A stretch of 52,868 bases of DNA from an uncultured Clostridia bacterium (lineage in GTDB: Bacteria; Bacillota; Clostridia; TANB77; CAG-508), in the NCBI GenBank assembly GCA_944386205.1, contig CALXAE010000002.1, positions 1-52,868 of the forward strand. Reading direction: 5' to 3'. The translations under genes were made by a program, and so were the position numbers. Below, piece by piece: positions 37,901 to 45,774 of the stretch (positions are counted from its first letter, which is position 1; every line of letters begins with the position of its first letter). The notes beneath the pieces are model-generated. The model worked only from the letters and a program-made list of their open reading frames with translations. It did no database searches and had not been told where the DNA came from.

Positions 37901-39321
37901 GATTTAATAGCTTCTTTTACAAATTCTGAAATTTCTAGATTTAAGCTTTTAGCAAAAGTTTCTATAAAAGAACCACAACCAGAAGAACAAGCTTCATTTA
38001 ACATGATATTATCAATAGAACCATTTTTAATTCTAATATATTTCATATCTTGCCCACCAATATCCACAATACTGGTTACATCTGGTTCAAAGGTTTTGGC
38101 AGCTGTATAATGGGCAATGGTTTCAATTTCATTTAAATCTACATTTAAAGCAGTTTGAATTAATTTTTCTCCATAACCTGTAACACCACTATATCTTAAA
38201 ACAGCTTTTTCAGGTAATACTTTATATAATTTCCTTAACATATCCATAACACTTTGTAATGGATTTCCCTCATTACTACCATATAGAGAATATAATAGAT
38301 TACCATCTTTATCAATTAATACAAGTTTTGTGGTTGTAGAACCTGCATCAATTCCTAAGAAACAATCTCCCTCATAATCTTCTAATGGTTTTGAAGGAAC
38401 AGTTGCTTTATTATGTCTTTCCTTAAAAGCTTCATATTCAGCTTCATCTTTAAACAATGGGTCTAAAGGCTCAGTTGTTGTATCATGTGAATTTTTGAAA
38501 TTTTCTATTTTCTTTTCCAACTCATTAGGTGTAATCACTTCTGTATTAAAAGAATCTAAAGCAGCACCTTTTGCAACCAATAAGTGGGCTTCATCTGGTA
38601 TAATGATTTGGTCGTCTGTCAAATGTAGTGTTTCAATAAAACGTTTTCTTAATTCTGGTAAATAGCTTAAAGGTCCACCTAAAAAGGCAATATTTCCTCT
38701 AATTGGTCTACCACAAGCCAATCCACTAATTGTTTGGTTAACAACTGCTTGGAAAATAGAAGCAGCGATATCCTCTTTTGCGGCACCTTCATTAATTAAA
38801 GGTTGTATATCTGTTTTCGCAAAAACACCACAACGAGAAGCAATTGGATAAATGGTTTGATATCCTTTCGCTAATTCATTTAAACCTGCTGTATCTGTAT
38901 GTAATAGAGAAGCCATTTGGTCTAAAAAGGCACCAGTACCACCAGCACAAGTACCATTCATTCTTTGTTCAATTGAATTATCAAAATAGATAATCTTGGC
39001 ATCTTCTCCACCTAACTCGATAACAACATCTGTTTTTGGAAAATATTTCTCAATGACTCTTTTACAAGAAACCACTTCTTGAATAAAGTCAACCCCTAAA
39101 AATTTAGCAGCAGACATTGCACCAGAGCCAGTTAAAGCAACAGTAAAAGAAGCAGAAGGATATTTTACTAATAATTCTTCTAACACATCACAAACTGTCT
39201 TTTTTGCATCTGAAAAATGTCTACGATAATCTGAATATATAGTATTTTTATTGTTATCCATAACAATAATTTTAACTGTTGTAGATCCAACATCTAATCC
39301 AACATGTAATATTTCATTCAT
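34978..39321 (-). CDS. Acyl-CoA dehydratase activase-related protein (two BadF/BadG/BcrA/BcrD-type ATPase modules plus a DUF2229-like region)
   Basis: Start at ATG 39321 (aaggag SD). Two ASKHA phosphate-1 motifs, HVGLDVGSTTVKIIV and FLGIDAGSTTTKLVLI. Cys cluster HCNNCENHC. ~1447 aa, typical of this fusion family. Confidence 0.85.
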   Translation of the reverse strand: MNEILHVGLDVGSTTVKIIVMDNNKNTIYSDYRRHFSDAKKTVCDVLEELLVKYPSASFTVALTGSGAMSAAKFLGVDFIQEVVSCKRVIEKYFPKTDVVIELGGEDAKIIYFDNSIEQRMNGTCAGGTGAFLDQMASLLHTDTAGLNELAKGYQTIYPIASRCGVFAKTDIQPLINEGAAKEDIAASIFQAVVNQTISGLACGRPIRGNIAFLGGPLSYLPELRKRFIETLHLTDDQIIIPDEAHLLVAKGAALDSFNTEVITPNELEKKIENFKNSHDTTTEPLDPLFKDEAEYEAFKERHNKATVPSKPLEDYEGDCFLGIDAGSTTTKLVLIDKDGNLLYSLYGSNEGNPLQSVMDMLRKLYKVLPEKAVLRYSGVTGYGEKLIQTALNVDLNEIETIAHYTAAKTFEPDVTSIVDIGGQDMKYIRIKNGSIDNIMLNEACSSGCGSFIETFAKSLNLEISEFVKEAIKSRRPVDLGSRCTVFMNSKIKQAQKEGYSVGDISSGLSYSVIRNAIQKVMKVRDVETLGKHIVVQGGTFYNDAVLRAFELIVGKNVVRPNIAGLMGAYGMALLSKEQYEANLDMEYTSTILKTDELDNLKIKITHTHCNNCENHCKLTINKFSNGQIHVTGNRCEKGAGVVTKSKNLPNLVQYKYERIFGYTPLEEQYATRGTIGIPRVLNMYEDYPFWFTFLTSLGFRVIISEKSTRKTYEKGMESMPSESVCYPAKLSHGHIESLLEQGIKTIFYPCMPYSRKEYEKADNHYNCPIVISYSEVLKNNVEGLKDPSVKFLNPFLPFDKKNLVNRMLELDEFKQYNFTKEELNEAAEKAEQEYQKCKEDIRRKGAETVKYIEENHLKGIVLAGRPYHVDPEINHGIDTLITSLGLCVLTEDSISNQTEVKRPIRVVDQWVYHARLYAAADFVGKHDFLELVQLNSFGCGVDAVTTDQVEEILSSYDKMYTLIKIDEVNNLGAVRIRIRSLLASMNKREKEKKENNGTGDYEQHKKIFTKDMKKDYTILVPQMAPIHFELLEAAVQSSGYKVELLRECTQKTVETGLKYVNNDACYPSILVTGQMIEALQSGKYDLNRTALIMSQTGGGCRATNYIGFIRKALKDAGFKNIPVISFNIVGMEKMPGFKITVPLIDRLLRTVLYGDLLQKMLTKNRAYEKNKGETQKLFDEWMEKCKKLLQKSSNKEFKQSIYDIVNDFEKIELDTSVEKPKVGIVGEVLIKYHPFGNNHVADLLEKEGAEVILPDFMGFVKFMATHKITFNRLLNTNKTSSKIMKAAIKLIDILEKDMKIALANSKKGYLPPCDIWHLEDKVKDVLSIGNQTGEGWFLTAEMIEYIEHDIPNIICVQPFACLPNHVVGKGVIKTIREKYPDANISPVDYDPGASETNQANRIKLLMTVAKDNLKAKQARKAAIEKENKTESIEQTKEIKETQKISK

Positions 39322-39512
39322 GACAAAAACTCCTTTTTTGTATATAAATTTTTCATTATTATCCACCCTAATTGTATACGGAAAAGCCACTTTTGTCAAA
39401 TGGAAAATGTTGTAAAAGTTGCCAAAATCATCGCCGTCCACTTTGGCAACTTTTTTTAAGTTCTAAAACGGACAAACAAATAATAAAATAGGTAATAAAT
39501 AAAAAAATTAAC

Positions 39513-40079
39513 ATGAAAGAAAGGAATGAAACCAGCATGAATAAAAAAATCGTAATTATTTTTACAGTGTTATTACTTATCATTTTAATAGGGGGCTATT
39601 TTATTATTAACTATTTTAAAAGTCAGGAAGAAGAAACTGTTATAGAAGAGTATACACCAGAAGAAGAAATTACAGAAGAACAAAGTAGACAAACAATTGT
39701 GAGTTTGTACTTTTTAGAAAAAGAAACAAATGAATTGGCTCCAGAGGCAAGGTTAGTGGATATTAAAGAAATTATGAATACACCATATGATAAATTGGTT
39801 AATATGCTAATTGAAGGACCTAAAAATGAAAAATATACAAAATTAATTCCAGATAATACAAAATTAAATCAAACATATTTAGAAAAGGATATGCTTTACT
39901 TGGATTTTTCTAGCGAATTTTTAAATTATGACAAAGAAGCAACAAATATGAAAGAAAATATTATTAATAGTTTAGTAAAAACGTTAACACAGCTAACAGA
40001 AGTAAATTCTATAAAAATTTTAATTGATGGAGAAGAAAATGCAGAATTTAATGAAATTTACAAATTAGAAAATAATTAA
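39513..40079 (+). CDS. GerM-like (GerMN domain) lipoprotein/anchored protein
   Basis: N-terminal TM helix, then VSLYFLEKETNELAPEARLV...LIEGPKN...LYLDFSSEF...LVKTLTQLTEVNSIKILIDGEE. The true start may be ATG 39537. Confidence 0.75.
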   Translation: MKERNETSMNKKIVIIFTVLLLIILIGGYFIINYFKSQEEETVIEEYTPEEEITEEQSRQTIVSLYFLEKETNELAPEARLVDIKEIMNTPYDKLVNMLIEGPKNEKYTKLIPDNTKLNQTYLEKDMLYLDFSSEFLNYDKEATNMKENIINSLVKTLTQLTEVNSIKILIDGEENAEFNEIYKLENN

Positions 40080-40111
40080 AAAAATAAAAATTAAATTATA
40101 TAAAATAAAAA

Positions 40112-40294
40112 TTATTTTAATATTTTATATAATTTAATATATTTAATAAATCGATGAAAATTGTTTAAAAAATATTCAACTTCATTCAAAGATTTAATGG
40201 TATTATCTTTACAACGTTTAAAATTAAATTTCTTTTTATGAGGTGGGCATTTTCCACCTCTATTTTCTATATTTTTAATTATTTTTTTATCCAT
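40112..40294 (-). CDS. Hypothetical small basic protein
   Basis: 60 aa from ATG 40294 (aaaggtg SD). No family recognised. It sits beside a decayed gene, so it may itself be a remnant. Confidence 0.25.
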   Translation of the reverse strand: MDKKIIKNIENRGGKCPPHKKKFNFKRCKDNTIKSLNEVEYFLNNFHRFIKYIKLYKILK

Positions 40295-40385
40295 ACTAAT
40301 CTTCACCTTTATTATTTAATATAATTTTTTAATTCTTATTATAAAATATTCGATATTTCGAAGAAAGGTGAAGGTTTTTATAAAG

Positions 40386-40604
40386 TTATAATGTATCTAA
40401 ACAAAATACACTATATAAAGGAATGCATTTTATATTATTTTCAAATCCAAAATTTTTGCTCGATATTCGAATAGAATATGGTATTAATCCACATTGAATT
40501 AAACTGCTACATACATAATTTTCTGTTAAGGCACCTTTAAAATTATTTAAATTGTCATTTTCAACGATAACAATATTGGGTGGTATTCCAAATTTGTTAC
40601 ATAT
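40386..40604 (-). pseudogene. Remnant of the C-terminus of an AAA ATPase with DUF4143 domain
   Basis: Start-less 72-codon frame ...NFKGALTENYVCSSLIQCGLIPYS...SSKNFGFENNIKCIPLYSVFCL*. It resembles the KGAxxENxV...IPLY tail of DUF4143 ATPases with the middle deleted. Confidence 0.4.
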
Positions 40605-40800
40605 CTAGTAACTTTTTTGACATTTTTCGTTCCATTTTATGTACCTACTACACATTTATTGTAACATAAATTAAAAATAAAGTCGATCAAAATAGATTAA
40701 AGCTTTTATACATTTATAATGAAAAAATAAAAAATACATGATATAATAATAAAGTAATTGAATTCGAGAAAAAATACTTTGAAAAGGAATATATTATAAA

Positions 40801-41550
40801 ATGGAAGAAAATATAAATTTAAAAGAAAATGAAAGAATTGATGATTTAGAATATAAAGGATTAAAAATAATTCAAAATAAAGAAGAATTTTGTTTTGGAA
40901 TTGACAGTATCTTACTTTCAGATTTTGCAAAACAGATAAAAAAAGGTGCAAAAGTATTAGATTTAGGAACAGGAACAGGGATTATTGCCACTTTATTATG
41001 CGGAAAAACAGAATTGTCTGAGATTATTGGAATAGAAGTTCAAGAAGAAGTAGCAGAAATGGCAAATAGAAGTATTGAATTAAATCATTTGGAAGACAAA
41101 TTTAAAATTATACAAGATAATATCACGAATTTAAATATGCATTTTGAGAAAAATACTTTTGATGCCATTGTGACAAATCCACCATATAAAAAAGAAGCAA
41201 CAGGTGTACAAAATGATGATACGAAAAAATTAATTTCTAGACATGAAATTAAAGCCAGTTTAGAGGATTTTATTAAAAGTTCAAAAGATATGTTAAAGGA
41301 CAAAGGTGAATTTTATGTAGTTTATAGACCAGAAAGATTAGTAGATTTACTATCTACTATGAGAAAATATAAAATAGAACCTAAGAAAATACGATTTGTT
41401 TATTCTAATATTCACTCTGTATCAAAATTGGTTTTAGTGCAAGGTATAAAAAATGCTAGGCCATTTTTAAAGTTAGAACCTAATTTATATATTTATGATG
41501 AAAATGGAAATTATACAGAGGAAATTCTAAAAATTTATAATAAAAAATAA
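40801..41550 (+). CDS. SAM-dependent methyltransferase, tRNA1(Val) (adenine37-N6)-methyltransferase-like (YabB/YfiC family)
   Basis: SAM motif VLDLGTGTGIIA, NPPY motif AIVTNPPYKK. Synteny with rsmI and abrB as in Bacillus (yabB-rsmI-abrB). Confidence 0.8.
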   Translation: MEENINLKENERIDDLEYKGLKIIQNKEEFCFGIDSILLSDFAKQIKKGAKVLDLGTGTGIIATLLCGKTELSEIIGIEVQEEVAEMANRSIELNHLEDKFKIIQDNITNLNMHFEKNTFDAIVTNPPYKKEATGVQNDDTKKLISRHEIKASLEDFIKSSKDMLKDKGEFYVVYRPERLVDLLSTMRKYKIEPKKIRFVYSNIHSVSKLVLVQGIKNARPFLKLEPNLYIYDENGNYTEEILKIYNKK

Positions 41551-41566
41551 ATGAAAGGAAATAAAA

Positions 41567-42403
41567 ATGAAAAAAATAAATCAAAAAGAAACAGGAACAT
41601 TATATATTGTAGCAACACCAATTGGAAATTTGGAAGATATTACATTAAGAGCAATCAATGTCTTAAAAAATGTAGATTTAATTGCTGCAGAAGACACAAG
41701 ACATACCTTAAAATTATTAAATCATTTAGAAATTTCAAAACCATTAATCAGTTATCATAGACATAATGAAGATGTCAAAACAGATATATTAATCAAAGAA
41801 TTAAAACAAGGAAAGCAAATTGCACTTGTTTCTGATGCTGGTACACCTGGAATTTGTGACCCAGGAGAAGAGGTAATTAAAAAATGTATAGAAGAGGAAA
41901 TTAAAATTGTTCCTATTCCAGGGGCTTGTGCAATGATTAATGCATTAATCTGTTCAGGATTAGATACAAAAGAATTTTTATTCATGGGATTTTTGCCATT
42001 AAATAAAAAAAATAGGAAAGAAAAATTAAAAGAAATAAAAAATGAAACAAAGACGATTATTTTATATGAAGCTCCACATAAATTAGAGGCGACATTAAAA
42101 GATTTAAAAGAAATATTAGAAAACAGAAAAATTGTACTGGCAAGGGAATTAACCAAAATTCATGAAGAATATATTCGAGAAAATTTAGATGTTTTAATGG
42201 AAAAAGCAAAAGATATAAAAGGCGAGATGGTTTTAATTGTAGAGGGGGCCAAGAAAAAGGAAGATAACCATTTAATGGACTTATCTTTAGAGGAACATTA
42301 TGCATATTATGAGAAACAAGGACTTTCTAAAAAAGATATTATTAAACAAATTGCAAAAGATAGAAATGTAAATAAAAATGAAATTTATCAAAAATTTATT
42401 TAG
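41567..42403 (+). CDS. rsmI: 16S rRNA (cytidine1402-2'-O)-methyltransferase RsmI
   Basis: GTLYIVATPIGNLEDITLRAINVLKNVDLIAAEDTRHT, VSDAGTPGICDPG. Confidence 0.93.
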   Translation: MKKINQKETGTLYIVATPIGNLEDITLRAINVLKNVDLIAAEDTRHTLKLLNHLEISKPLISYHRHNEDVKTDILIKELKQGKQIALVSDAGTPGICDPGEEVIKKCIEEEIKIVPIPGACAMINALICSGLDTKEFLFMGFLPLNKKNRKEKLKEIKNETKTIILYEAPHKLEATLKDLKEILENRKIVLARELTKIHEEYIRENLDVLMEKAKDIKGEMVLIVEGAKKKEDNHLMDLSLEEHYAYYEKQGLSKKDIIKQIAKDRNVNKNEIYQKFI

Positions 42404-42501
42404 AAAAAAATGTGTGTTCACTAATTTCTACTTTGTGATGTGAAATAAAAAAGTTTTATATTGTTTATTAATAATAAGCAAGCAAGTAAATGCAAAGGCT
42501 T

Positions 42502-42756
42502 TTACTTGCTTGGTTTTAATTTACTTATATTTTTTGAACAATCTTCACAAATTAATTTATCATTATAACTAATTAAATTTTCAGTATTTCCACAAAAAAT
42601 ACAATTTGGTTCATATTTTTTCAAGATAATTGATGAACCATCGACATATATTTCAATAGGATCTTTTTCAGCAATATTAAATTGATTTCTTATTTCGATA
42701 GGAATAACAACTCTTCCTAGTTCATCTACTTTTCTAATAATTCCAGTTGATTTCAC
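42502..42756 (-). CDS. abrB: AbrB-family transition-state regulator
   Basis: GTG start with gggggat SD. MKSTGIIRKVDELGRVVIPIEIRNQFNIAEKDPIEIYVDGSSIILKKY is the AbrB/SpoVT swapped-hairpin domain. C-terminal CIFCG...CEDC motif. Confidence 0.9.
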   Translation of the reverse strand: MKSTGIIRKVDELGRVVIPIEIRNQFNIAEKDPIEIYVDGSSIILKKYEPNCIFCGNTENLISYNDKLICEDCSKNISKLKPSK

Positions 42757-42886
42757 AGTATATCCCCCCTTAAAAAGTTATATTACAACCCTATATACAT
42801 TGTTACTATATCACAAATACATTACTAGGTCAATCAAAAAGTAATAAAAAGTTGAGATTTGAATAAAATTATTTAGGTGATAAACG

Positions 42887-43480
42887 ATGTTAAATTTCAT
42901 TTGGCCAATTTTTATAATTCTATCATTTTCCTATGCCATTTTTTCAGGAAATCTTCAAAACTTAAATTCAGGCATATTTGAAAGTACGGAAAGTGCTGTA
43001 AACCTAAGTATAACAATGCTAGGAACAATGTGCTTATGGAGCGGAATTATTAATGTGGCAACAAATACAAAAATAATAAATATAATTAACAAATTATTGA
43101 AGCCAGTAATCAAATTTCTTTTTCCAGAGATAAAACATAATACAAAAGCACAAAATGAAATTTCTATGAATATGGTAGCAAATATCTTAGGATTAGGAAA
43201 TGCAGCAACCCCACTAGGATTAAAAGCAATGGAAACTTTGCAGGAAGAAAATGAACACAAAGAAACTTTGAGCAATTCTATGATTATGCTAATTGTATTA
43301 AATACAGCTTCTATTCAAATTATTCCAACAACAATTATTGCTATCAGAAGTTCTCTAGGTTCTGAAAATCCGACTGCCATTATCGTTCCAGTGTGGATTG
43401 CTACAATATGTGCAGGAATAGCTGGTATTAGTATAACAAAATTACTCATTAAATATTCTAAAAAAAGGAAGAATGTATGA
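42887..43480 (+). CDS. spmA: Spore maturation protein A (nucleoside-recognition/Gate domain)
   Basis: MLNFIWPIFIILSF..., NILGLGNAATPLGLKAME. Paired with spmB through a 4-nt overlap. Confidence 0.88.
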   Translation: MLNFIWPIFIILSFSYAIFSGNLQNLNSGIFESTESAVNLSITMLGTMCLWSGIINVATNTKIINIINKLLKPVIKFLFPEIKHNTKAQNEISMNMVANILGLGNAATPLGLKAMETLQEENEHKETLSNSMIMLIVLNTASIQIIPTTIIAIRSSLGSENPTAIIVPVWIATICAGIAGISITKLLIKYSKKRKNV

Positions 43481-44007
43481 TAGATGTAATTAATTTTATT
43501 TCAAATTTAGCCATGCCTTTCATTATTTTAATTATTGTGTTTTATGGATTTTTAGAAAAAAAAGAAGTTTTTGATAAATTTCTTGAAGGTGCAAAAGATG
43601 GAATAAAAATCGTTGTTAATATTTTTCCAACATTAATTGGACTCTTTTTAGCAGTGGGAGCATTAAGAAATTCAGGAATTATTGATATAGCGATTCGATT
43701 AATTGAGCCAATATTACATTTTGTTAATTTCCCGAGTGAAATTATGCCATTAGCTATTTTAAGACCAATTTCAGGAAGTAGTTCCATTGCGATTGCCACA
43801 GATATTATGAAAAATTTTGGGGTAGATAGTCAAATTGGTATAATGGCTTCTGTGATTATGGGGGCAACAGAAACGACTTTATATACAATAGCGGTATATT
43901 CTTCGAGTGTAAAAATTAAGAAAACAAGATTTGTTTTGATTGCATCATTAACAGCAGATATTGTTGGAATTATTGCAAGTGTAGTGATTTGTCGTTTTTT
44001 GTCGTAA
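43477..44007 (+). CDS. spmB: Spore maturation protein B
   Basis: FPTLIGLFLAVGALRNSGI..., LRPISGSSSIAIATD. Confidence 0.88.
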   Translation: MIDVINFISNLAMPFIILIIVFYGFLEKKEVFDKFLEGAKDGIKIVVNIFPTLIGLFLAVGALRNSGIIDIAIRLIEPILHFVNFPSEIMPLAILRPISGSSSIAIATDIMKNFGVDSQIGIMASVIMGATETTLYTIAVYSSSVKIKKTRFVLIASLTADIVGIIASVVICRFLS

Positions 44008-44015
44008 AGTTTTTC

Positions 44016-44044
44016 TTGACAATATTTTACAAATATTGTATAAT
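44016..44044 (+). promoter_or_regulatory. Perfect-consensus sigma-A promoter in the spmB-rlmH convergent gap
   Basis: TTGACA (44016-44021), exactly 17 nt, TATAAT (44039-44044). Confidence 0.65.
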
Positions 44045-44077
44045 TATGAAAACGAAGGCAATAAGGAATGAAGCAAT

Positions 44078-44188
44078 ATGGTATTAAAAATTATAATATT
44101 TATTTCAATATTTTTTATCATTAGAAGAATAATTGTAAAAGTTTTATTTATAAAATTATTAAATTCTAAAACAAATCCAGAAAAATAA
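44078..44188 (+). CDS. Candidate 36-aa hydrophobic/cationic peptide MVLKIIIFISIFFIIRRIIVKVLFIKLLNSKTNPEK
   Basis: Lies ~30 nt downstream of the consensus promoter with an aagga SD-like element ~9 nt upstream. It could be a chance ORF in AT-rich DNA. Confidence 0.3.
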   Translation: MVLKIIIFISIFFIIRRIIVKVLFIKLLNSKTNPEK

Positions 44189-44330
44189 AGAAATATAAAA
44201 AATTAAAATGTTTTTAAATTTGTAGAGGAAATAACAACTCCCCCATAATTAGTATTTAAAAAATTTTTGCCCCTATATTTATATTTTAAATATTTTTTCT
44301 ATGTTATTTTCTCTACAATAAAATAAATAT

Positions 44331-44810
44331 TTATCTATGATACGTTTCACCATAAGATATCTTAAATCCTCTAAAAATTTGCTCTAATAAAAAGACACGA
44401 ATTAATTGATGAGGAAAAGTCATTTTAGAAAAGCATATCTTCTGGTGAGATTTTTTTAATATATCAGAAGAAAGCCCTAAAGAGCCACCAATCACAAATG
44501 TAATATGACTGGTTTCTAAAGATAGATTTTCAATTGTTTTAGAAAATTCTTCAGAAGTAAGTTCTTTACCAGTTAAATCTAAACAAATAATATATGAATC
44601 TTTTTTTATATGACTTAAAATAGCATTTGATTCTTTGTTTTTGATTTCTAAAGAAAGGCTTTCATTTAATTTATCAGGAATTTTTTCATCTGGTAATTCA
44701 ACAATATTTAATTTACAATATTTACTTAATCTTTTAGAATATTCACTTATTGCATCTTTTAAATAAGTTTCTTTTATTTTTCCAATACAAACGACATCAA
44801 TTGTTAGCAT
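44331..44810 (-). CDS. rlmH: 23S rRNA (pseudouridine1915-N3)-methyltransferase RlmH
   Basis: 159 aa, SPOUT fold. ITFVIGGSLGLS, MTFPHQLIRVFLLEQIFRGFKI..GETYHR. Confidence 0.93.
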   Translation of the reverse strand: MLTIDVVCIGKIKETYLKDAISEYSKRLSKYCKLNIVELPDEKIPDKLNESLSLEIKNKESNAILSHIKKDSYIICLDLTGKELTSEEFSKTIENLSLETSHITFVIGGSLGLSSDILKKSHQKICFSKMTFPHQLIRVFLLEQIFRGFKISYGETYHR

Positions 44811-44827
44811 TTTATGATTTCCTTTCT

Positions 44828-44959
44828 GAATGGTTTGAGGAGAGATGATTTGGGGACGGAGAGAAAATCATCATTGAATGAAAATTATCTTAAATAAAAA
44901 ATTTTTAATGCAATGATGATTTTCTCTCCGTCCCCAAATCATCTCTCCTCAAATCATTC
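44828..44959. repeat. Long palindrome E2 (43-bp perfect arms, 49 bp with one G.T; 34-nt loop) with a TTTGGGGACG motif
   Basis: 44834-44876 tttgaggagagatgatttggggacggagagaaaatcatcattg is the exact reverse complement of 44911-44953. It fills the gap between the MBL-hydrolase stop and the rlmH SD. Confidence 0.95.
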
Positions 44960-44962
44960 TCT

Positions 44963-45751
44963 TTAAATAGTAATCAATTTACTATGTGTGTCTCTTCCTG
45001 CAACAGACAACATTAAAGCATTTTCATTATAGTTATTTGCCATTAATTCTTCAACAACTGTTTTATAGGCAAGTTCTGGGAAATTACTTTCTTTACTTAA
45101 ATGACCAAGCATAGCATTTTTAAGTCCTGATTTTAATAAGAAAGAAATAGTTTTTCCAGCAATTTCATTTGACAAATGTCCTGTTGGTCCAGCAATTCTT
45201 GTTTTTAAAGAAAATGGATAAGGTGAACATTTTAATACTTCTGGGTCATAGTTAGATTCTAACATGACGAAAACACTTTCTTCCAAGTTTTTTAAAATGT
45301 CATTTGTCATATGACCAATATCTGTTGCAATACTAATTTTTTTATCATCATTTAATATGGTAAATCCACAAGGATTTGCTGCATCATGTGGTATAGAGAA
45401 TGGATTAATATCCAAATCTCCAATAGAAAATTTTTCTGCAACTTTAAATTTTTTGATATTTTTATCTGCGATTTTATCTCTTTGTTTTGGCATAGCGTCT
45501 AATGTTTCTTGATTGACAAATACAGGTAAATCAAATTTTTTAGAAAATGTACCTAATCCTTGAACATGGTCAGAATGTTCGTGTGTAATTAGTATGCCAT
45601 CTATACAAGATGGATCTATATGTATGTCATTTAATGCTTTTTCTATTTTTTTACTACTAACACCTGCATCAATTAATAATTTTGTATTTTCTGTTTCAAC
45701 AAATAAACTATTTCCGCTACTTCCACTATATAAACTACAAAAATTTAGCAT
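44963..45751 (-). CDS. MBL-fold metallo-hydrolase (YycJ/WalJ-like)
   Basis: HEHSDH motif. N-terminus LYSGSSGNSLFVE. Adjacent to rlmH, as for walJ in Bacillus. Confidence 0.85.
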   Translation of the reverse strand: MLNFCSLYSGSSGNSLFVETENTKLLIDAGVSSKKIEKALNDIHIDPSCIDGILITHEHSDHVQGLGTFSKKFDLPVFVNQETLDAMPKQRDKIADKNIKKFKVAEKFSIGDLDINPFSIPHDAANPCGFTILNDDKKISIATDIGHMTNDILKNLEESVFVMLESNYDPEVLKCSPYPFSLKTRIAGPTGHLSNEIAGKTISFLLKSGLKNAMLGHLSKESNFPELAYKTVVEELMANNYNENALMLSVAGRDTHSKLITI

Positions 45752-45774
45752 ATGGTATCTTCTCTTTCCTTTGT

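Noticed and set aside
41551-41760. 69-aa plus-strand ORF overlapping the start of rsmI in another frame, plus minus-strand ORFs 41755-42156 and 42057-42305
   Set aside because: The rsmI frame carries the diagnostic motifs. The alternatives are lysine/asparagine-rich or hydrophobic junk.
44046-44087. 13-codon ORF MKTKAIRNEAIWY starting at the -10 edge of the 44016 promoter
   Set aside because: It would begin upstream of the expected transcription start and has no SD.
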